The position numbers and the translations under genes are program-made. DNA of 29,205 nucleotides, from positions 1-29,205 of IMG/VR virus record IMGVR_UViG_3300033076_000283, one strand, 5' to 3'. Below the pieces are notes generated by a model. The model did no database searches and had not been told where the DNA came from. It was given only the letters and a program-made list of their open reading frames with translations. The DNA comes from a virus (Duplodnaviria; Caudoviricetes). Positions 16,901 through 25,335 of the stretch are shown one piece after another; the first letter of the stretch is position 1; each line of letters opens with the position of its first letter.

Positions 16901-17970
16901 AACTTTGTTGAGCCAACAATAGTAATGCTTGGAATATCAATTTCACGAAGTTGTAAATCAACACCACCAGTAGCAGGTGCAACGTTTGTGTCATATGTTG
17001 GGATATCAGCAACAACACCATCAACGTAAGTTTTTGTTGTTAAGTCACTGCCGTTTGTAGGACCTGCTGGATTGATAGTAGCGTAGGTTGTTATGCCATC
17101 AATTAAAGTGATAACATCATTGCTTGAACTTAATACACCACTAGCGTATGTGCCTGTTCGAATGTTGAACGGGGCACTAGCACTACCATTTGCTTGAACA
17201 GAAATAAACTGGCCATTATTAATGTCGTTGGTGTTGAATACAGTTAAGTTAGAGTTTGCAGATGTTGTTGCATTTGGAGCAATAACACGGAAACCAGAAC
17301 TGTTACCAGTTGTGCTTTGAACTTCTGGACGGTTTGCACGATTGCCTGATTCATCGTAACTGAATAATGTGCTTGACGCTAAGTTTACGTTATCACCGTT
17401 GATAGTTAAATCATTGCCAACAGTTAAATTGTTGTTGATTGTTGTTGTGCCAGTGGTAGCACCCATTGACAATGCTGTAGCATCATCAAACGCTGTAATT
17501 GTTGTTGGAGTGTTTAGTAAAAAGAATGTAGATGCTGTAGAAGCAAGGTGGTCAGCACGAACACTAATAACACCTGTGTCTGCGTCTAAAACTAAGTCAC
17601 CTGTTGTTGTGCCAATTGTGTTGTCATCATCAACTGCAATAGTAATGTTTCCATATTGAGCAGAACCTGCTGAAAAGGAACCGTCAACTACCAAATCATT
17701 GTTGATTGTAGTGGTGCCAGAATCAGCACCAATGTTAACGGTCGTGGCAGCAAGTCCAACATTTATGGTTGTTGCATTCGTAGGGAATACATTACCAGTT
17801 GTAGCAGTAGTTAGAATGTTGCCACTTAAAACATAAAGGTCGCCACGGACTATTAAATTGCCACTGCTATCTGGGATAGGAGTATCAGCACCACCATACA
17901 AACTTGTTGAGTTAGTTGAACTCGCATTTTGTGTAGTAACTGTGCCGTATAAACTTGAAGAACTTGTCAT
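13954..17970 (-). CDS. Tail fibre protein with internal repeats and C-terminal C1q/BclA-like head
   Basis: Start MTSSSS after SD TAAGGA; 1338 aa, Thr/Gly-rich; DLTTKTYVD fibre motif; C-terminal YGQF...GAYNMQFSIQ...IWLRKNG...DYYEL. Confidence 0.8.
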   Translation of the reverse strand: MTSSSSLYGTVTTQNASSTNSTSLYGGADTPIPDSSGNLIVRGDLYVLSGNILTTATTGNVFPTNATTINVGLAATTVNIGADSGTTTINNDLVVDGSFSAGSAQYGNITIAVDDDNTIGTTTGDLVLDADTGVISVRADHLASTASTFFLLNTPTTITAFDDATALSMGATTGTTTINNNLTVGNDLTINGDNVNLASSTLFSYDESGNRANRPEVQSTTGNSSGFRVIAPNATTSANSNLTVFNTNDINNGQFISVQANGSASAPFNIRTGTYASGVLSSSNDVITLIDGITTYATINPAGPTNGSDLTTKTYVDGVVADIPTYDTNVAPATGGVDLQLREIDIPSITIVGSTKFLGGTNITISETASNEITIDGTDLNTTYTQDASVTTGGANLNLVGSDASTDTIKFANGTNVTVTATDANTITIAATDTNTTYTVDATSTTGGANLNLTGSDASVDSVAYLGSGATTVTRTDANTITISSTDNNTTYTQDVSSTTGGANVNLNGSDASVDSVAYKGAGSVTVTATDASTVTITGTDTNTTYTVDATSTTGGANLNLTGSDASVDSVAYLGSGATTVTRTDANTITISSTDNNTTYTQDVSSTTGGANLNLVGSDASTDSVKFAGGTNVTVVATDASTMTINATDTNTTYDFAASATTGGANLTLTGSDATTDTVKVSSGTGITVADVSATEISITNSGVTSLAASTGISVSGSTGAVTVTNTGVTSAVAGTGIGVSAGTGAVTFTNTGVTSLAASTYLSVNSSTGAVTVSTNATSANTASTIVARDASGNFSAGTITANLANGTRVLGALTATPSTTYTFPAPPLATITDNNGIDAVSSYNNSPTTLGNGAQGQFTHFFGDTFAGGNTGAVFSLRTANGNSETTGTIPFTGVAPVAPSAVTSTNVIGGLNFNGYATTGFTDYIGTQNQGGGFNAVHAGQIQFAPAETFADGTLTISGATITAVSRVNVAQTVTSVSGTRGQLTIPATLVGVGTAVVVTGTLTGTATGIGAGTYYVVANNGGAGTSTVITLSATVGGAPLTTTAGTVTGLTFTRQLITVTYSAQSYIPFGINAKVAVANFTNVTTGTFMVVGSPTTTSVTIGATSSGAPTLPGTQSLSIPTVTNGGANFRVRAFPTATPLNSGNRVDLINATTASATFRSDTFNFNTGAYGNTGVGVTGNKIVYNRVYGQFQYNTTVTPAATNTAAVFPLGTADVNNIATVGSTSRLIPGATGAYNMQFSIQVNNADNGTEHTAYIWLRKNGTDVTGSMGRITVPKGGATISAWNYVINPTLTTDYYELAYAVDDLNITFPAFAATAFGPSTATIITTLVPIGA
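15871..16836 (-). repeat. Six tandem 162-bp (54-aa) coding repeats in the tail fibre
   Basis: DxNTTY...TTGGANxxLxGSDA...TIT units starting at 16836, 16674, 16512, 16350, 16188, 16026; followed by three 25-aa NxGVTS repeats. Confidence 0.9.
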
Positions 17971-17981
17971 CGTCGCGATCC

Positions 17982-19187
17982 TTATTTGATGTTGTATTGG
18001 CGATACTGTCTTGGTTGCCAAACGCTTGTTAGTCTTGTATGTCCACCAGACCACTTGCCTAAATTATTTTGATCCTCAACTACGTTCCATGCATCAGTAA
18101 ACTTTTGCTGATATACTGCGGCATCAGTGTCATTGTGACGCTTGATGTAGTATTCGCGTAGTGTTGCATATACGTAGCCTTCTGGCCATGTTTGTAGCAC
18201 TGGGTTATTTTGAACTGTTAAACCAGTTTGTGTAATACCTGTAACTGTACCACCTGTTGGGCTTGTGCCACCAGTTGTAGTTGCTGTGATACTTGTTGGG
18301 CTTTCAATGCTTGTGACAACAGTTGTGCCACCACCAAATGAACCTGTGCCATCCGTTGCGTAAATTGTATCACCAACTTCTAAGTCACCTACGCTTGTCA
18401 TACCACTGATGCCAAACAACCAAGGACCGCTACCTGAAATTGGGTTTACTGAACCTGTTACTGAAATAACTTCATCTGTAACTGGAGCAAACAACAATGG
18501 CCATGCCTTGTAGTAATACATGTTGATCAGGTCACCTTCAGCAATGTAAGGCAAGAATTGATACTTGTTATACACTTCACTGAACTTACCGCGGATAACT
18601 GCTGGAACGTTAACTGGTTGCAAGTATAACTGAGCAATCATGCTTTGTGTAATGATGTCACGATCACCAATGCGGTCGTAAACAATCCAAGGACCTGTTT
18701 GACTTGATTGGTTGCCAGTTGTGGAGAATACTAACGTGCCACTTACTGTATCTGTGTTTGCACCACTTAGCGTAATAACTGTGCCAACACCGCCTGAACC
18801 ACTGATGTTAGTAATAGTTGCACCAATAGCAATACCAGTACCTGTTACTAACATGCTGGTTGTAATTGTTTGACTTGGGATGCTTGTTAGAGTGATTGTT
18901 GTTTGACCACTTGTGCCTGTTGCTGTGGCTTGAGTTGTAACTTGTGCGCCTTGCTTGAAGAACAAGATAGGTTTGTTCATATCGCCAGGGATAGGAATAC
19001 GACCATTAGCATCAGCAATACCAATGTTCTCGGCTGCATATGGGTCACTGCGTAGCGCAGGTAGTTCAATGTTTCTCATTGACATCTCTGCCATGAAAAT
19101 ACATTGTTTGATTTCTGTGTCGTTTGTGCTACCTGTAAAGTCTTTGATGAACTCAACTAAGGCATCACCTGTTGGGATATTAAACAT
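17982..19187 (-). CDS. Head-tail adaptor protein with two inserted domains
   Basis: N-terminal IKDF...IFMAEMSMR and C-terminal NPVLQTWPEGYVYATLRE...AAVYQQKF match podovirus adaptor patterns; position between capsid and fibre genes. Confidence 0.65.
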   Translation of the reverse strand: MFNIPTGDALVEFIKDFTGSTNDTEIKQCIFMAEMSMRNIELPALRSDPYAAENIGIADANGRIPIPGDMNKPILFFKQGAQVTTQATATGTSGQTTITLTSIPSQTITTSMLVTGTGIAIGATITNISGSGGVGTVITLSGANTDTVSGTLVFSTTGNQSSQTGPWIVYDRIGDRDIITQSMIAQLYLQPVNVPAVIRGKFSEVYNKYQFLPYIAEGDLINMYYYKAWPLLFAPVTDEVISVTGSVNPISGSGPWLFGISGMTSVGDLEVGDTIYATDGTGSFGGGTTVVTSIESPTSITATTTGGTSPTGGTVTGITQTGLTVQNNPVLQTWPEGYVYATLREYYIKRHNDTDAAVYQQKFTDAWNVVEDQNNLGKWSGGHTRLTSVWQPRQYRQYNIK

Positions 19188-19209
19188 CTATATGTTCCTT
19201 AAAAATATT

Positions 19210-19770
19210 TTAGCCTGTTCGTTGCGGATATGAAACCGCAACTGGGATAGGCAACTTCCCGCCAGGATAGCACACGTATTGTGGATACTCTGTTTCCACA
19301 ACTCTGTAGAATTGTGCTTTCATTGTTCTGTCATGCTTAAGAGCATTCCATGGGATACCACCAAAGTATTGATCGCTAATGCGGATGCTAATAACGTTTG
19401 GTAATTCCATCCATTTCCATGTTAAATTGCCATCATCACCAATAGGTGCTAGTGGGTCTGGAATTCCTGCTTCTGCGGCGTGTCTATAGTTTCTTACACG
19501 CTCTTTGATTTCTTCAATGTTTTGCTGTTCGCGTGTAATAAAGAATTTACCATCTTGGCGTCCAGTAGTAACTTTAATGTTATTGCCCTTGTTCCATTCA
19601 GTTCTACTCCAATCGCCTTTCATACTACGATACAGATCATTGTTTTGTAGTAATCTGTCCGCTACACCGTTGTGCTGTGTAATCATGCCGCCATGATCTT
19701 GGCGCCAATAATCGTAGTTCTTTTCTGGGTCGTTATCGTCTAGATATTCAGGTTGATTAATGTCTCTCAT
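19210..19770 (-). CDS. Hypothetical virion-associated protein
   Basis: Probable start MRDINQ (19770); lies between capsid and adaptor genes. Confidence 0.6.
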   Translation of the reverse strand: MRDINQPEYLDDNDPEKNYDYWRQDHGGMITQHNGVADRLLQNNDLYRSMKGDWSRTEWNKGNNIKVTTGRQDGKFFITREQQNIEEIKERVRNYRHAAEAGIPDPLAPIGDDGNLTWKWMELPNVISIRISDQYFGGIPWNALKHDRTMKAQFYRVVETEYPQYVCYPGGKLPIPVAVSYPQRTG

Positions 19771-19775
19771 AGTGT

Positions 19776-19782
19776 TATTTAG
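19776..19782 (-). promoter_or_regulatory. CTAAATA late-type promoter motif (probably leaderless transcript)
   Basis: GCTAAATA-ACACT-ATG immediately after the capsid terminator. Confidence 0.7.
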
Positions 19783-19788
19783 CGTCAT

Positions 19789-19813
19789 GAGAAAGGGTCC
19801 CGAAGGACCCTTT
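19789..19813 (-). terminator. UUCG-loop terminator after the capsid gene
   Basis: AAAGGGTCC-TTCG-GGACCCTTTCTC. Confidence 0.8.
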
Positions 19814-19839
19814 ATTCGTTAACTTAACCCTGTTAAGAA

Positions 19840-21015
19840 TTAAGGAGTAACGTCGCCTGCACCAAAGTTTACACGGCTGACCAATGCGGCTGGACGTGCG
19901 CCTGGTAGAGAGGCTTGAGCAGTTGTACCTGCTGTGATGTTGTTCAACATACCAACACCTGCTGGGTTACGTACAATCAATGTACCTTCCATGATGAACT
20001 GGTCTAATGAAGCGTCAGCATTGCTGAATACTTCGTTGTTTGGACCTAGGTCACGTAAAGAACCCCACTGAACTACGTCTTCGTTCAAGAAGTAGATGCT
20101 GTTGGCTGCACCTGTTTGATCCATGATCCAAGAATCAAAGATTTCGTAAGTGTAGTTGAAGTCACCTTCGTAAGTTTGGATTGTGTCACCACGTGCAGAA
20201 TCCACACGGTTGATACCACGGCTTTGTGGCATGTTGTCGCTTAGACTTGTGCGTAGGCTTGTTGGAGCAACCACTGTACGAATCTTAGCGTTGTAGCGTT
20301 GTTCAGCAGTTGTTACCAATTGCTTGTATAGTGCTGGGCTGAAGTATTCGTTTGTGAATGTACCGCTGTAGTAGTAAGAACCGTTAGCGTAAATGCGTAG
20401 AGCATTAGAGATTTGAGTTGAACTGTCTGTATCTTCGTTGTTGAAGAATGTGTCCAAACCAGAAGTTGTACCAGAAGTTGTGTTGAAGGATTGTGTACCA
20501 GCAAAAGATGCTAGTGAACCCATACGACGACCAGTTTGACCGCTTGGTAGACCAGAAGCAGAACCTGATTGACCTGCATACTTTGTACCAATTTGGTCGT
20601 TACGAACTAGTTGTAGTTCAACGTCAAACATCAATTCAATTAACTGCTTAACTTCTTGGTATGCTTGTGGGTCACCACCGGCTTGCATAACGGCACGTGC
20701 TGTACCGCTTGAAGCGATAACTGTGCTGAAGATTTGAGTGTAGTTGCCTAAGTTGTAACGGCTGTTGCTTTCGCCTTGGCTTGTAGAAACAGCGGCACCT
20801 TCAACTTGTGCTTGAACTGCTGGTGTGCGATAGATGTCATCTGTCCATAGAGGTAAAGTAGAGTTAACTTTACGCTTTTTAGACATGGCCATGTTTAGAA
20901 CAGGCGTATCATCTTTAACGCGGTTAGACACATCTAGGTCTAGATCTTTGACAACGATGTCGCTACCGTATGCTGTAGTACCGTTACCAATTTGACTGGT
21001 TGTAATTTCTGCCAT
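19840..21015 (-). CDS. Major capsid protein (DUF5309 / SU10-like)
   Basis: DTPVL...WTDD...VEG...NYTQIF...SGTARAV...AYQEVKQLIEL...GRRMG motifs; strong SD; follows the scaffold gene and precedes a terminator. Confidence 0.88.
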   Translation of the reverse strand: MAEITTSQIGNGTTAYGSDIVVKDLDLDVSNRVKDDTPVLNMAMSKKRKVNSTLPLWTDDIYRTPAVQAQVEGAAVSTSQGESNSRYNLGNYTQIFSTVIASSGTARAVMQAGGDPQAYQEVKQLIELMFDVELQLVRNDQIGTKYAGQSGSASGLPSGQTGRRMGSLASFAGTQSFNTTSGTTSGLDTFFNNEDTDSSTQISNALRIYANGSYYYSGTFTNEYFSPALYKQLVTTAEQRYNAKIRTVVAPTSLRTSLSDNMPQSRGINRVDSARGDTIQTYEGDFNYTYEIFDSWIMDQTGAANSIYFLNEDVVQWGSLRDLGPNNEVFSNADASLDQFIMEGTLIVRNPAGVGMLNNITAGTTAQASLPGARPAALVSRVNFGAGDVTP

Positions 21016-21041
21016 GATTTTATTCCTTTAAATTATGGTTA

Positions 21042-22208
21042 TTATCTTCCACCTCTTGACTGTCGCAATCTTTGCAACTGTGCTACTAAGAGGTTGTCGG
21101 CGGCTTTCTTGTCGCCTTTATTGGCTTGTTCACGAAGTTTACTGATGTCACCATCACCACTGCTACGCTGAGTTGTTGAACCCTTGCGAGAAGTCAATGC
21201 TGCCATTGAGTTTCCTGCAGACTTGGTAGTAGGCTTGTCCCTATATCTTAAACCATCGCGTACAAGGCTTAATAGTCCTTCATCGCTTGACAGTAAGTCA
21301 ATATTGGCAACCCCAGGAATGATTTCACTATTGGCTTCGGGCCACAGTCTACTTAGTTTGTCGCGAACCTCTTTAAAGACATAGTCATTTCTCAATTCCT
21401 TGTCCTGGAAGTTTTTGCGAGCATAATCTAAACGCTCTGTAACCTGTTGAGCACGAACTTGACGGAACTGATCCACAGCAGGTTTTAGTTGACCAATTAA
21501 GGCCTGTTGCTGACGGATGTATTGCTCGTTTTGTTGCATACTCGCCTGGATCCTTGCTACTTGAGCAGGGTCCCTTGTTTGTGCTAACTGTTGTTGGAAA
21601 GTTGTTTGATAATTTTGTGTTTTAACAATCTCATCATATGCTTTCTGCAACTTAGGTTGCACAGTGAATTCCATTGCTAGAGTCAAACCTTCTTGTCTTG
21701 CACGAACATCGTTGACGTATTCATCAAACTCTGCGCGGTCAATTTTCAGTTGGCGTGCTTCTTCGTGTATTGCAGATCCTTGACCTAAAATGGCTGCGGC
21801 TTTCTTGGCATCAATAACTACTTCCTTGCCGTTCTTCATAAATTTGAATTTGGCGTTAGGGTTTGTTTCAGCAAACTCTAAGAAGTCAATTAATTCTTCT
21901 GCACTAGAATCAGTACTATCAGGGCTTACAGCATCTTCGTGCTGGGCGTCTGCTTCTTGATTGTCGCTAGCATATTCAGTGTCGCTAGTATCAGCAACTT
22001 CGGCTTCAGCATTATCGCTGGGCGCCACAGGGCTGGATGTATCTTCCTCTACATTTGCTCCTGTTGCAGTTTGTTCAGTAGCACCAATTTGATTACGCAA
22101 TGTCTGTTCGCGCATCGCGGTCATTTTAGCGGCTATTGAGTCTAAACTTGGAACTGCGCTTTGTTCAGTGGCCGCACCTGAGGTGTTAGGGCTGATCGTT
22201 GTTTCCAT
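21042..22208 (-). CDS. Capsid scaffolding protein
   Basis: Acidic disordered N-terminus, FKFMKNGKEVVI motif, long Gln-rich coiled coil, basic C-terminus; directly upstream of the capsid gene. Confidence 0.75.
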   Translation of the reverse strand: METTISPNTSGAATEQSAVPSLDSIAAKMTAMREQTLRNQIGATEQTATGANVEEDTSSPVAPSDNAEAEVADTSDTEYASDNQEADAQHEDAVSPDSTDSSAEELIDFLEFAETNPNAKFKFMKNGKEVVIDAKKAAAILGQGSAIHEEARQLKIDRAEFDEYVNDVRARQEGLTLAMEFTVQPKLQKAYDEIVKTQNYQTTFQQQLAQTRDPAQVARIQASMQQNEQYIRQQQALIGQLKPAVDQFRQVRAQQVTERLDYARKNFQDKELRNDYVFKEVRDKLSRLWPEANSEIIPGVANIDLLSSDEGLLSLVRDGLRYRDKPTTKSAGNSMAALTSRKGSTTQRSSGDGDISKLREQANKGDKKAADNLLVAQLQRLRQSRGGR

Positions 22209-22252
22209 TTAAATTTTTCCTATGTTAAGGGCCTTGCGGTTACCTTCACTTT

Positions 22253-22259
22253 TATTTAG
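22253..22259 (-). promoter_or_regulatory. CTAAATA late-type promoter motif
   Basis: ACTAAATA in the gap upstream of scaffold and capsid genes. Confidence 0.7.
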
Positions 22260-22266
22260 TATCGCT

Positions 22267-22620
22267 TTATGGCTGAGTCTGCTGAGATTCAGCGTTTTCT
22301 GCCTTAATCAATACACTTTTCTTATAAACTGCACTCTTAAGTGTGTTAATAAAACTGTCAATGCCACTTAACTGATTGGCAAGTGCAATACGTTCTGCAT
22401 TCGCTTCAGTTGAGTGACTTCTAATATTTGCCATTGCATCATTAACTTCAAACTTGAAGTGATGAATGAACATAGCCAAGTCGCGATTTGTTAGAAGTGA
22501 TTCAGCAATTGAACCATAATTCTTCACAGCATCGCGCTGGCTAGGTGTTAACTTTTTAGGGTTACTTGTGTCAATAGTGAGGCGTCTATTGTACGCCTCA
22601 ACTGCGTCTTCGCTAATCAT
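22267..22620 (-). CDS. Small helical protein between portal and scaffold
   Basis: 117 aa, SD AAGGA, conserved podovirus position. Confidence 0.65.
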   Translation of the reverse strand: MISEDAVEAYNRRLTIDTSNPKKLTPSQRDAVKNYGSIAESLLTNRDLAMFIHHFKFEVNDAMANIRSHSTEANAERIALANQLSGIDSFINTLKSAVYKKSVLIKAENAESQQTQP

Positions 22621-22640
22621 TTCTTTTCCTTTGTAAAAAC

Positions 22641-24917
22641 TTAACTATAAACTTTTGGTGTGCCTGCTGCCATTGCCATGAAGTCTAGTTGTGATTCAGC
22701 ATCTTGACCAGCAACTTCTGCGGCAATTTGTTGAGCCTTGACTTCATCAAGTTTAGCACTTGCAAGATCCTTTTGGTCTCTTGGACTTGGTTGCTTGTTA
22801 GCGTTTGCTTCTTGTGCAGCCTGAATCATTGCAACTACTTCATCGTCTGTTGGCAAGTATGTATTGCAATCCTTAACACCAAGAACGTACAATGTGTCCT
22901 CAAATGGCTTCTTAACTTTCTTATACATTTCAGGAGTCAATGCACCACTAGCAGACATGCTTTGTACCATTTGATACAAGTCAGTTTGGCACTTCTGGAT
23001 GATTTGTAAACGACCTAATGCGTTTTCATCACTCATCATACCTAGTGCTAGTTCTAAGTGAATTTGCTTACGGTCACAGAAGTTCATGTCATCCCAAGCC
23101 ATGTAGTCTAGGAAGTCTGTCTTCTTGTCTGGGTGACTTGATTGTGCTAATTTCTTAACGCCGTAGTCATCACCATACTGGATCAATGTGCGCCATACTA
23201 ACCACAATGCTTCTTTTAGACCTTCAGCCGCATTGCGAACTGTGTTGTCTTGAATAATTTGGTTAGGGCTTAATGCCATCTGCAACTTGATACCTGAGTT
23301 ACCTGGTGCCATTACTTCTGGGTTGAATACATCTTGCGGTGTAGTCATACCAACCATGGCCATTGTATCTTGTTGGATACGGTTCATTGCAACTTCTAAG
23401 AATTGCAAGTTGCCGCTTGGAGGAGGCATTTGGTAAATGTCTTTGCTTGGGTCAAACTTGCTGTCTAAGATAAAGATAGCGGCTTCACCGTCTTGCATCA
23501 TTTCAAAGTCAACGCGGTCTGGCTTAACACCAATACGTGGTGTAGCAGTTAATAGACCCAACTGGATTTCTGCACGAGCGGCTGATGTGTTGTATTCCTG
23601 CATTGGAATTACAGATTCAGCAATACTCATACCATAGAAGTTGCCTGGTAGTGGCTTTGGACACATGTTAGCAACAGGGATGAATTCAACTTCACGTGCA
23701 GAGATAATGTATGAACCTGAATAGATTAGTTCAACTAGTTCTAGTTCACCATCACCGTCAATGTCATACTTGTTCCAAACAGTAACAACAGACACCATAC
23801 GTGAATCAGGGTCAGCACTTGCGGCTGAAGAGACTGGAATACCCATAACAGGAACAGAGTCACGTGCGTGGATAGCCAAGTTGTTTAATACAGAACCTGC
23901 TTGGTAAGCACCGTTCATGTTGTATTCAGCAAACTGCTCAAATGATTCTAAGTCAATGCCTGGATATAGATCAGTAACTTCTTGAATTGTCATTGGATCG
24001 TAGTAACCGCAGAATGGCTGGTCCTTCATTTCAGGAACAGTTGGGTCACAAATCCAGTAGTGTTGTGCAATAGGGTGGAACTTGATGTTGATGTTGTAGC
24101 CAGTTAGTTTGTATTTGGCTTTGTAGATTGTGTTACGTGAAACTGCATCATTGATGATAGATTCTTGTTCATCTAAGTTGCCTTGAACAATGCTTTCGCC
24201 TTCTTCACCAAACTTTTGCGTTGCTTCTTCGCCTTCGTTCAAGTCCATCATGAAACGTTGTGCAACACTCTTAGCGTATTCTGTCTTTTGCTCGCCTAGC
24301 AATTGTGTTGCCTCTTCCATGACTTTCATCATGTCTACAGACTCACGGCGTTTGCTTTGACGCAATGCAGTTAAACCTGCTTCAGCGGCTTGTAGTTCAA
24401 ACGCTTTTAATTGGTCAGCAGTACCAGACGTTTCAACGTAACGAGTAATTTGTTCACGCACAGGCTTGATCATCATCATACCGTTTTTGTGCATGTTAGC
24501 ATCCATTACCCAACGCTCCATAATAAAGTGTGGGTCATTCATTTGGTTAACAACTTTGCTAACCATGTTGGTTGCTTGACGTGCCGCTACTTCGTCATCT
24601 TCATTGTCTGCTACAAATTCAAAGTTAATCTCGCCATTTGGTAGCAAGCCCTTTGTAATAACTGCGGTAGCATAATCTACGACTGGTTTGACGGAAGGAT
24701 GAATGTAGTCAATTCCGTTGACTGGTGCAGTACTATCAGTGACTGCGAGACACAGATAATGATAATCTGAGGCCCTATTAACAGCATTCTTTGTTCCTAG
24801 GTATCGTAGATAGGACGCCATCTTAACGTCCATTTGGTTTTTCATGCGGACAAAGTTAGCGTTAATCTTTCTATTTTGATTAATGTCCTGCACTGGGATA
24901 TTTTTAATATCAAGCAT
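22641..24917 (-). CDS. Portal protein
   Basis: 758 aa; DIDGDGELEL and PLPGNFYGMSIAESVIPMQ motifs; between terminase and scaffold. Confidence 0.88.
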   Translation of the reverse strand: MLDIKNIPVQDINQNRKINANFVRMKNQMDVKMASYLRYLGTKNAVNRASDYHYLCLAVTDSTAPVNGIDYIHPSVKPVVDYATAVITKGLLPNGEINFEFVADNEDDEVAARQATNMVSKVVNQMNDPHFIMERWVMDANMHKNGMMMIKPVREQITRYVETSGTADQLKAFELQAAEAGLTALRQSKRRESVDMMKVMEEATQLLGEQKTEYAKSVAQRFMMDLNEGEEATQKFGEEGESIVQGNLDEQESIINDAVSRNTIYKAKYKLTGYNINIKFHPIAQHYWICDPTVPEMKDQPFCGYYDPMTIQEVTDLYPGIDLESFEQFAEYNMNGAYQAGSVLNNLAIHARDSVPVMGIPVSSAASADPDSRMVSVVTVWNKYDIDGDGELELVELIYSGSYIISAREVEFIPVANMCPKPLPGNFYGMSIAESVIPMQEYNTSAARAEIQLGLLTATPRIGVKPDRVDFEMMQDGEAAIFILDSKFDPSKDIYQMPPPSGNLQFLEVAMNRIQQDTMAMVGMTTPQDVFNPEVMAPGNSGIKLQMALSPNQIIQDNTVRNAAEGLKEALWLVWRTLIQYGDDYGVKKLAQSSHPDKKTDFLDYMAWDDMNFCDRKQIHLELALGMMSDENALGRLQIIQKCQTDLYQMVQSMSASGALTPEMYKKVKKPFEDTLYVLGVKDCNTYLPTDDEVVAMIQAAQEANANKQPSPRDQKDLASAKLDEVKAQQIAAEVAGQDAESQLDFMAMAAGTPKVYS

Positions 24918-24943
24918 TGTATCGGGTTCCCTTTACTGATACT

Positions 24944-25081
24944 TTATTTAGCATCTGGCTTCTCTTCTGGCTTTTGAGATTGCTCTGCAGGAACTTCTTT
25001 GTTCTTCTTGCCAAAGATGGAATCCCAGTTATCGCGTATTTTATCAGTATCTTCTTTGCGTCTTGTGCTGCCTTTTCCCAT
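24944..25081 (-). CDS. Small conserved phage peptide (GKGS...NWDxIFGK type)
   Basis: Absent from the ORF track; 45 aa MGKGSTRRKEDTDKIRDNWDSIFGKKNKEV...PDAK; TAATG-coupled to the upstream ORF. Confidence 0.65.
   Translation of the reverse strand: MGKGSTRRKEDTDKIRDNWDSIFGKKNKEVPAEQSQKPEEKPDAK
24945..24951 (-). promoter_or_regulatory. CTAAATA late-type promoter motif
   Basis: GCTAAATA about 27 nt upstream of the portal ATG, overlapping the end of the small ORF. Confidence 0.6.
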
Positions 25082-25332
25082 TAAAATTCTCCTGGTAAGA
25101 CGATTTTAGGTTGCGCTGCCTCTTCTACTTGTTTTGCGTATGCTTTTGCAACTTGCAAATCACAAACGTGACAGTAGTAGGGACCGTCATCATCATCCAA
25201 TTCATAAATTGTGTGTGGAATATCATTGGCCAACATAGCCATCTCAAACACCTTCGCGTGTTTCTCACACATAATAACAGGGGGTTGTTCCCCCACTGTT
25301 GTTAAAAATTTACCATTCATTTCATGTGCCAT
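25081..25332 (-). CDS. Small putative Zn-binding protein
   Basis: 83 aa with CEKH and CHVC pairs. Confidence 0.55.
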   Translation of the reverse strand: MAHEMNGKFLTTVGEQPPVIMCEKHAKVFEMAMLANDIPHTIYELDDDDGPYYCHVCDLQVAKAYAKQVEEAAQPKIVLPGEF

Positions 25333-25335
25333 AAA

